From: Phoronis australis
Taxonomy: Eukaryota > Animalia > Phoronida
Direction: 5' to 3'
DNA: 64,000 nt
Assembly (NCBI GenBank): GCA_002633005.1
Contig: NMRA01000059.1
Span: 103,610-167,609 of the forward strand
A program made the position numbers and the translations under genes. The notes under the pieces were generated by a model. It searched no databases, was not told where the DNA came from, and worked only from the letters and a program-made list of their open reading frames with translations. This document shows positions 54,555 through 64,000 of the stretch, piece by piece. Position 1 is the first letter of the stretch; each line of letters opens with the position of its first letter.

Positions 54555-57500
54555 CCGACCGGACGCCGTTATTATCGCGTGAGCAACACAGCCAGCATCT
54601 ACGACCGCTGTGTGTCACTGCGGGGGTTGTCCAGGACAAAAGAAAATGGTGTAACAACTTGTAGGCCTATCCTCTATAGCACCACTCAGTAGTGAAACAT
54701 TTTCAAATGCTGACGACAGACAAAGATCACTATCCAGATCAATGCGTGATCGATTGTCCAGTAATTAAGATGAACATTGGGCTAGTCGAGATCACAAATT
54801 AAGTGACGCTTGCACTACGTCAGTGCAAAAAGATGTTCTCGAAAATTGCTTGACGTTTCAACACTGGATGGTTGTGATAGGATCATGCCTGACTACAACA
54901 ATGACACTTGATAGGTGTACGTCAAAAGGTTTTTAATGGATAGACGACAATCGGTTGTACCTGATGGTAGCGTCCGATGAACGGGTAATCCCAGTAATCC
55001 CAGTGAAATCGTTTTAGTAAGGCGTCGTTATATATATTGGAAATAAGCAGAAATTACCCAAACGTAAATTGTTTTAGCACATACAGTTCTGTCACGTGAC
55101 TAATGGAGTTCCAAAAACTGCTGTTGAAAAGACGCGTGTGGTTCGTGCCCTGCCGGGGACACCTGTAATTAGAACGCCGAGTGTGAGCCAAAATACTCCA
55201 TCTTTTTAATTGAAGCGGATCCACGACTGAATTTTGTTTCATTTTGCTCAGATAGAGTTTGTAAACCTTCTATGTCCGAAGTGATCACTTTCGAGGAACG
55301 CCACCGCGGTACGCGTTTCCTTTTGTATGGAATCTAGCGTGAACCCACCACTCCAAGACCGGGGCACTTCCAGTGTGCACTTTCTGTTGGGGTACTGTGG
55401 GACAACTCTAAACAGATGGTGCCCAACAATTAGCCTTTTTACGGCCAGGACGATGGGCTCGTATGGACATGAGTTGATCTAAATTACAATGAATCCTGTT
55501 TTGCAAATTTAATAATGCAGCTTAATAAATTCAAACTTATTTACAAATTTCAATGCAGTTCTAAATTTTAAGACTTCACCCGGTTATTTAAAAACGAGCG
55601 AATGATGTCTTGAAGATTTAGTCTCACGGCACAAATTCCATGCAAATCTGATAAAGTCATAGTTCAGTGATAATCGGGTGTTGCCGCAAAGATGCAGCAT
55701 ACATTAAAACAAGTTCCCATCAAGATCCATAGAAACCGTGTCAGTAGATAATTATTTTAATTACCTCTATGGCAAACATTTTAGGATGAAAGACGAAAGA
55801 CAACTTTGATAACCCTTCTTGTCTATGTTATAGATATTGTGTAAGATAGTCACTACCCAAGACAGCTGACACCTATAACAGATATTATGGTCGGTTGAGC
55901 AACTGCAGTTCGCGTCAGATTATCTGGTTCTTGTAAAATTAATTGCAGAATTCACGAGCGAGTGTTATCAACGTTTGATAGTTCTATCTCAGCTAATCCT
56001 CTTGAAAAGAACTTTGAACAAAGTGCAAACACCATGCATAGGAAGGCTGTAGTCATCAGTATTTGCATGAGAACCCGTGGGGGCTATTCTCCCGCTTATG
56101 CCTGGGGTTGCCTATATGACGAGTACTTTTCCCTGTAATAACAGTTTATTAGCTAAACCTCGGTTGTAAAACGTGTACTGATACATTCACAGACCTCCAG
56201 GACATTTTCAACGAGGGTAAAACTTGATTAAGCGGCGGGGTTGTATGAGTAATCACGTCGAGTTAATACAGTTAACTTTTGAGTCATTGAACAGCGTACG
56301 TCATTCACGGAGTTTCACTGCAAGATTTTTTATACGAGATGCACGAAATGCATCTTCTCATGTGACGTCAATACTGTCGACATCCGGGTCCGAACTTTGC
56401 CCATATTACAAACAGTTTATTGTCTGAAGAACTCTCCAAACTGTGCTTCGTGGCTGTGACAAGGTGTCTTCACATATAACTATATCGTTATAACCTACAG
56501 AGTACTAACAACGACTTCTTTTCGGTTTCAAACTGCTTTAAAACTAAACGTTGACGTCAGTGCCACCATAGGCTATGGTGCCACTGGAGGGCATCAGCCA
56601 GGGGACACAACTCACACTCTTAGAACACTGTGAGTTATTTTCAAGGTGTCATCATGGTCGTCCACCGGCATGCATTCGCAGATTAATGTCAATGTAGTAC
56701 TCTCTTTGAAGCTCAAAGCACCGAAGATGCAACCCTCAATGACCCCATCTTGGGCCTGAATCAAAAACTGATAACATTACATTACCCCAGGCGCTTGTAT
56801 TTAACAGGGGCGGATTGATGATTAGGGTGAATTGGGGTGTTTGCTGAGACTGGAGGGGCCTTAATTAGCGTCCTGGGGGCCTCTAACACAACCCGTCAAA
56901 TGAAAATACTTTCCTCAATCCATATGATCGTGTGATGTTTCATGACCCCGTAAATTGCAATTCCTAAAGTTTCCTTGACGTCAGACGAGTGAGGACAATG
57001 AAAGAATTTGTTAGAAAAGGATTGCCTGGCCGTATAGGAGGGCGCTTTTTGTACCCTAAAGACAAAACAAGGAAACATCAAAACAATTTATGATTTTGGA
57101 GGACCAGATATGTCAATTTCCTATAATGAAACTCACACTCATAGACAAAAATAGATGGCTGCAATAACTCCATGAAGGGTGAAGTCATCGTTATCTCCTG
57201 TCGGGCGTCACAAACAGGATCTAAGTAACCGGTAACGCTCCCACAATAATGTGTTTGTCGCCGTTTTTCACACTTGACCAGTTACGTCATAGTCAAGAGC
57301 TTCCCAAACGATTTTATCTCTACAATGCAATAAATGCTACGAGTAGATGGTGAGTAATCAGTGGTTTTCTTTCGTCTAGAAAATTGAATATTCGAACAAC
57401 AGGTGTAAGATGAGTGTGCATGGAGTGACGTGGAGTGGATTGGGTCGCTTTGAAGTAGCCTAAGGGCGTGTCGTGACGTTTTGATTAAATCAGTCGTTCA

Positions 57501-58145
57501 CAAATCATACAGGAATAAAGAGAATTTTGGCCATGCACATAACAGTAATAAAAATACATATCAGTGTGAACTTTACTAAATATTTCTCGCGAAGTCCATT
57601 CCGTGAACAGTGTTGCACACCTGTTAATGGTCTATAGCACGACTGTGTAATAATATTTGAAGCGTAAAAAGTTTTTACAAGTGGTTTCTATTTGTCATGC
57701 TGATCATGGACGAGCTACTATATATGAACGGTAACCTGTCCCATTTCTGTAATTAATGTATTCACCATTTGCATCAAGGAAATAAAAGTTTGAGGTCTTG
57801 TGTTTGTAAGTTTGGTTCAAAAGCGACTGGCATACTGCTCCTCGGATCCGGAAGAAAAATGGCGTCTGGTGCAAATGTGCATCATTCATCAACATTTTTC
57901 TTTATTCACTCTTCGTTAGGAGCTTGTATTATAAACTCAGGAACCATCAAATTTTCAATATACGTAATTCGCGATGTCGGAATGATTGGATTTTTTGCAT
58001 ACAAAATTCGATACCGGTGTAAACGGACTCAATACTTGATTTGGATACAGGTTTCTAGTTGGTGTTTAAGATAAAAATTATGATGTGTGGCCTGATTCTT
58101 TGATGTTTCGTTCAACCAAGGCCCTTGTCATCAAAGGTGCGCAGC

Positions 58146-58350
58146 CTGGCACGTACTCTAACAGTATGCGGGACCAAAAAGTGCTGTATGGTATGCGCGC
58201 TAACAGTACAGAGGGACCCAAAATTGCTGTCTGGTACGTATCTTAAAGTACGGAGGGACCCAAAAGGGCTGTCTGGCACGTGCTCTTTAAGTACGGAGGG
58301 ACCCAAAAGTGATGTCTGGCACGTGCTCTAACAGTCTGAGGGACCCAAAA
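58146..58350. repeat. Tandem repeat, ~42 bp x5
   Basis: ctggcacgtgctctaacagtacggagggacccaaaagtgctgt. Confidence 0.85.
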
Positions 58351-58526
58351 TCAGAACTACGTCTAACGTCACAGTAGTCAAATGCGGCAGAGCAAAAGAG
58401 TTATACAATGTTTTTATGTGATATCTTGACACCGTTCTGAAAAGTTGCTTATTTGTAACTTTGTGAGAGCCGGGATTGAGAGTCATCCTGCTTTGCCAAG
58501 TAGAATGCCAAGGAGCTTAGTGTTAA

Positions 58527-59957
58527 AGGAGAATGCCACCCAAAAAACAACCTATTTTGTATCAATTTAGATCGAGTAGTTCTACTCGATAACGGCACGT
58601 TCGGTTGCGTTACCTGACACCTGACGGCAGACGGAGGTGTTGAAATTATCCAATGACGTCATTGGTTTCACACGCAGTCTGTTCAGCAGTTCACAACACG
58701 GGTTACTGGTGTCAGCTTATCGCTTGAATTCATCGTTTAACACCAATAAATCAACAAACTTCGACGTAAAACCCTTAAAAATACACCGAGTTCTTATAGA
58801 AACGGTGTTGTTTTATTTCACTGTTACGGATTTATTGGTATTTGGACACACCGTAGCCTACAAAGTTCGGCAGCCCAATTTACCAAGGTCCGTAGCAGGA
58901 GGTTGGGGTCTGTTCGGAGATAAATTCGAATTATTCCTCCATGAAATACAAACAAGAAAACCTAGATCTGTGTTGTTTAAACTTGTGATTTTTTGATGAG
59001 TTCTATTGAAACGCTTGTTACCCAGGCCAGTGGCTCGGAACCCGATCAGGCCCGTCGCGGCCGGACTGACTCGTTATCCCGGCCAGTGGCTTGGAACCCG
59101 ATCAGGCCCGTCGCGGCCGCCAGGACTGGCAGGAACATAAACCAGCTTGAGTTGGAAACTAAACCTCCAGTCACGAAAAGACTATAATAGTGAGGCAAAG
59201 AAATAATGTACTCGTAATTATTTATGTGAATTAGCCACGAAACTGCTTACTACTTACTTGTCAGGGGCCGCAAAGTCGGGTTCCCCATCCACAGACCGTC
59301 AAGGCAAAGGTTGCACAGTAACAATGATTTGAATAATGTATTTGTATTTCTAAACAAAGGTTTCTCTAACATGTGACCATAGCATATAAAATCGAGTTAT
59401 TGTTTCACAACACTGAATTATCATGCGCTCACACGGCCTCAGTGCCCGGTCAATTTTCCTTTATTGCCGGCATCAAAAGCCGGTAACGCAGTGGTTTATT
59501 CATTGCTGGCTTCTCAACATTTGCACTCGCAAATGCTCCAAAGGCATTACATCTAATGACACGTAGACTTTAATTGTTTCATTTTTATATAAGCATTGGT
59601 TATGATGAAAATAATTCATTTTGAAACAGAACGCAGAATAATAAATGTCTACATGGCACCTCGCCCGGCACCAATTCCGACTTAGTCAAGAGCTCATCCG
59701 ACGAAGACTTCATGGGTCAGATCGTTAGGTTTCACAGGCTATCAGTTCGAACCAGAATACACTGATCAAGAAATACTAGAGAGGCGCCGTGAACATGCAC
59801 AGGCAACGGAGCGTATGGATAGTTCTTTGGTTAGCCGGAATTTGTCAGAGAAATCACTGTCGACGAAATACCGGCCACAGACACGGAGATGTTTCACGGT
59901 CTCATAACTTGCTATTAACAGCGTACCTTTCATTCTTCACTACCGCAAGCCACTTCC
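58527..59957 (+). mobile_element. Probable Kolobok-like element, left end plus degenerate coding remnant; right end not found (gap)
   Basis: TTAA|AGGAGAATGCCACCC terminus; CpG-rich interior; ~38-bp internal duplication (59025, 59081); frameshifted SSSDEDF.../GYQFEPEYTDQEILERRR at 59691-59790. Confidence 0.5.
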
Positions 59958-61011
59958 NNNNNNNNNNNNNNNNNNNNNNNNNNNNNNNNNNNNNNNNNNN
60001 NNNNNNNNNNNNNNNNNNNNNNNNNNNNNNNNNNNNNNNNNNNNCCCTGCCAATGCAATTCTCTTGGCCACGTGTTAAAAAATTGGCTTCTCTGCAGCCA
60101 CACTTATCAAGGTCACGACTGTTTTGGTCAGGTGATCGACCTGCGTATTCAGAACCGTAAAACTGAAAGGACTGAACGTCGTTAATGACTTACGAATGTT
60201 CACACATTTTCGTTGCTAGTTATGGCACACGCCTTGGCAAATCTTGACGTCTTCAAACCGCTTCCGAATCCGGCCAGTGGCAGATTAAGGGGGCCCCAGG
60301 GGGCCATGTCACCCATTCTGCCGGTTCCATCTCAGTGGCAGTTCAATGGTGCAAAATCCTGGCTAATATTCTGTCCTTCCCCCCAACTCAAAATCTTGGA
60401 ACCACAAACATTCCGGCAAAAGTCTACTCAGCGAAGTTTCCGACTTTCGGAGAAGCTCTGGGCAAGATTATTTGTGGTAGCGGTCACGTGACACATTTCA
60501 CTAGAAAATTGCGATATTTTAAGATACTTCTTCCGAAGAATTGAATTAAAGTTCTCTTTAATTCTTTACCGTATTAGCTGAGAATCAACGGTATCAGGCC
60601 GTCAGAGGACTCTGTTCAGTGTCCCTTTATAATTGCGGTAGTCTGTTATTCAGAGACTTTTTAAGTAAAGGTCTATCGAAAAAGCGTATGGCTGTTTGTG
60701 TAGGACGTTCGTGTTGCTTTTTGTAGAAAGCGTACTCTCTCGGAGAGACGGTTGTCACTCAGGGCTCTAAGCCTTGCTCAAAGGCGTCCGGTCAACTTGA
60801 ACCCGCGCTCACTAAGCCCAACCTCAGTTTTATAGTTTCAGCTAATTAAAATTGTATATATTTTTAGATTAGTTGGAAAGTGACCCAATAGCTTTACCGA
60901 TGTAGATCGATGTGGGCACGGGATCTAATATACTGGCGAAACGAATTCGAAATTATTTGTGCGGCGAAGACTTTGCTCGAACGGAATACATTGTCTATAG
61001 TTTATGCATAT

Positions 61012-61264
61012 GAGTTTCTAGTCCGAGTTTGCACACTTGTTGACCCTTACTAAGATTAGCGCTACAAACTCGAGTAAAATCTCTAAAGTTCGAGTACAAA
61101 CTCGAACTTTTAGACTTATAATGTTGGGTTTATTATGAACTACAAATTAGGACTAAAAATTATCCACGTACGTGTAAGTCATTATGTAGAATAATAGGAA
61201 CTTATCTTGAGTTCGCACTAAAGTAGAGTAGAAAATGCCAAACATAATTTCGAGTTCCATTTCG
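61012..61264 (+). repeat. Dispersed ~250-bp repeat, copy 2 (just upstream of PPOX)
   Basis: Colinear match to 48036-48277. Confidence 0.85.
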
Positions 61265-61448
61265 TGTAAAAAGATTAGATCCCAGGCCCAAGTGCCAGAC
61301 GGTCTTTTTTCTCTGGTACCCGCTGCCGCGCTGTCTCTAGGGAACCCGTCAGGCTCTTCATGTTAGGAGATACGAATGTACGTCTATTTCCGAGTGGCAG
61401 CTGCGAAATGTGCAAGTCTGTTGGCTCAAATTGTCAGCTGCAGAAAAC

Positions 61449-61538
61449 ATGAGCACAGCAGTCGTTCTTGGCGGGGGCATCAGCGGTCTCTCGGCTGCTT
61501 ATTATTTATCAAAACATGGTCTGGATGTATTCAAACGG
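61449..61538 (+). CDS. PPOX: PPOX exon 1
   Basis: aaacATGagc ... aaacgg|gtgaga. Confidence 0.93.
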
Positions 61539-64000
61539 GTGAGAAGTCTTCGACGTTGCCAATCAGCTCTACCTCTCTGGTGCTGGTCCAGTTTAGACGG
61601 TGGTACAAAACGGTGGCACTGTTTTATAGTGTTTATAATTTATAGACGGTGCCACGTCTGCTTAGCTGTACCTTTTGAGCATAGAGGGAGGTCCTGGTTG
61701 CCTTTTTAAAGGCATTCTAATTCCTTTCAACTTGAACTAACACTCTCATAACTTTTTTCAATCAGTCTTTCGTATAGTTGTTCAAACAAGTCGGCAACTG
61801 GCCACTTTTTTCACTGCTTGCTGTAGGCAGAGGCACAGAACAGTTCTCATAGGTTTTTGCCTATCAGAACACACGTCAATGGACTCTTCAGCCCTTCTTC
61901 ACTCTGTCAAAAACTGCATGCAAAGAAAGAAATGTTTTGAGTCATTTGTTGTAGATGTGCTTCTGGTGAATCATATATGAGCCTCTGTTAGCTACTCGCT
62001 ACCGGGCAATTGCCTATTAGCTGAATGGTTAGCACGCTTGCCGGTTTTATGGGGGTCGCTGGTTCGATCCCCGGGTAGGGTAACCTCGGCTATTACTACA
62101 CATTTCACATCACAAGCCTTACAAATGAGAACGGAAAGTTTATTCTCTCTTGTATTTTTGACCCTTTCACTCCCACTGAAAACCAGGCTAAACTAAGAAA
62201 AATAGGAGCTAAGAATTGCAAAATCAGCACTTTTCACCCCAAAACCACCATTTTGCTGCCGATGCTCGACTAAAGCCAGCATTAAATTCCGAAAGTAAGT
62301 TTCTTACTGACTCCAAAAATTTGGTGCAAATGTACTGTCAACCTACTGTTTTTTGGCAAACCTGGCTTAATTGAGGGCTACCTGAAATCACGTCCAATTT
62401 CTCAGTTGCTATCCAGCAATGCACAATTGCAACAGTTGGCCACCATCTTGAAGAAGAGTGCAGCTGCAGCCTAGCAAGTGGCCTTTTTCATTCTCAACAT
62501 GTTCACAAATACAAACAAACATACAATACATACAGCTCCCAACTAGAAAATGCCCTAAAGCCTGGCATATCCCTAGATTTTAATGTTTTGGGAGTGCAAA
62601 TTGGCCATGGCCGCAGCCTAACTGTTCAGTGCCACCTAAGGGATAAAGCCAAAAGACATCAAATTTAATTTGGTGTAAATGTTAATGATGAGGTCTCATA
62701 ATTTTTTTCTGTTGTATGTTATCACAAAAGTCCTATTACTTATTAGCCCCTCATTCAAAAGTGCAATATTTTTAAAAAATGAATACAACTCAGTATCTGA
62801 GCGTTTTATACGAACCCGTTCACCTTGTAAGATGCGATGTTCCGAAGGTTGCCAAATTTGGACATTTTCCTAGGTTCCTGTATAATTTTATGTCAACTTG
62901 CTTTCTACCAGATAATTCTGCTGGAGTCAAGCTCCAGACTTGGTGGCTGGATTCAGACCACTCACTTTGACGATGGTACAGTATTTGAGCAAGGACCTAG
63001 AAGTCTACGGGGGACTGGCAGACCTGCAAAATCCACACTCAAACTGGTAGGTCATTCAGGAAGTCAGTCAGTGGCATACAAGGGGACCATAACTCCCCTG
63101 TGCAAAATGTCCTCGCCCGATCAAAACTCATTTTAGTTTTGCGGTTAACCCCCCTTCCTGTTTATTACAAAGTCGTCTTAGATTTCTACTCATTTCAACT
63201 CCCCCTGGTGACCTAAAGTTTTGCCTTTGCCCTTCGTCCTGATCAATACTTGTGAGTATGCCAGTAGAGCCAGCACACGTAGGTTTGGGAGAATTGGTGT
63301 CACTAAGTTGATAAAATTATTGTATTGAGATAACTTTTGTCTTCAGCCTTGCTTTACTGGATAGAATGCTTTTACACATTTGAAGGAAGGGACACTGCAC
63401 ACTGTCAGATTGAGTTGAATTGTCTGCTTCAACTGTAACGTACCTCACTCCATTGTTACTCTCTGACTTGTAAACTTATTTTGTACTAAATAGCGTATGT
63501 GTAGTACAGTGCACACGATTGCAATGAGCCAGCGAGAGAAATTGTTGTTGTTGTCATTGTCAGGTGATGCGATAATTAATTTTCATTGGGTAATCAAAAG
63601 CAAATGGCTTGGCATGTAGCTCGTCTCATCCACGTGGATTGAGGGTCGTCAGATGTAAGAAATCCAACAAGTGAGACATTCACCTTACTGCTTTGCGACG
63701 CAGATTCGTCACACTTCATTTTACAGCTGACATGAGATGTGAGCTGAGCTCATTTACGTTTGATGCACATAGATCTCCATCTTCAGTGGCCTGAATGGCC
63801 ATTCACTCTGACATAGCTAATGGACGTTCACAGTGGTGCTGTTATGGCTTATTGTTGGACTGATCTTAAAATGGTGGATCAGATAACTGTAATCAAACAT
63901 CTGATTTGCCATCTAATGAGATTTCATGTGAAATTGATCTAATTTGGACTTTTCCTTTTTATTTTCTTTAGGCTGATGAATTAGGGCTGCGAAAAGACAT
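61449..64000 (+). CDS. PPOX: Protoporphyrinogen oxidase (3'-partial; exons 61449-61538, 62912-63046, 63972->64000)
   Basis: MSTAVVLGGGISGLSAAYYL (FAD-binding GxGxxG), IILLESSSRLGGWIQT...FEQGPRSLR...TLKL, ADELGL: the N-terminus of eukaryotic PPOX; phase-0 GT-AG introns. Confidence 0.95.
61947..62100 (+). mobile_element. 154-bp solo LTR containing a tRNA-like sequence (Ajax-like non-autonomous LTR retroelement) in PPOX intron 1
   Basis: TGTTGTA...TACTACA termini; 4-bp TSD CATT; A box TAGCTGAATGG; B box GGTTCGATCCC. Confidence 0.72.
62912..63046 (+). CDS. PPOX: PPOX exon 2
   Basis: taccag|ataatt ... aaactg|gtaggt. Confidence 0.93.
63972..64000 (+). CDS. PPOX: PPOX exon 3 (truncated by the window edge)
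   Basis: pyrimidine tract, ctttag|gctgat; ADELGLRKD. Confidence 0.85.

Noticed and set aside
62011-62081. Functional tRNA gene
   Set aside because: The anticodon stem does not pair and the T and acceptor stems are mismatched; it sits within TG...CA ends with a TSD, so it is treated as part of a mobile element.

Overview
Eukaryotic (invertebrate animal) genomic DNA with three assembly gaps and three spliced genes that I reconstructed by hand from GT-AG boundaries and codon phases. (1) The 3' part of a THSD7A/B-like type I membrane protein on + (19 visible exons, 11292-38043; 5' exons lie upstream of the window and at least one exon is probably hidden in the 26120-27052 gap). It has an extra EGF/EB-like module and a 210-aa cytoplasmic tail. 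(2) A complete 5-exon, 417-aa secreted AA15-type lytic polysaccharide monooxygenase on - (54427-42284), with a Thr/Pro linker and two Cys/Trp-rich C-terminal modules that are not CBM14. (3) The first three exons of protoporphyrinogen oxidase (PPOX) on + from 61449. THSD7 introns are packed with unrelated minisatellites, many starting at exon borders; one multiplies an in-frame splice donor four times. Many non-autonomous transposons have recognisable ends and target-site duplications: Kolobok-like (TTAA), Harbinger-like (CWG), 5- and 6-bp-TSD MITEs including a nested pair, and a 154-bp solo LTR carrying a tRNA-like Pol III promoter. Family assignments come from motif recognition only; no searches were run.
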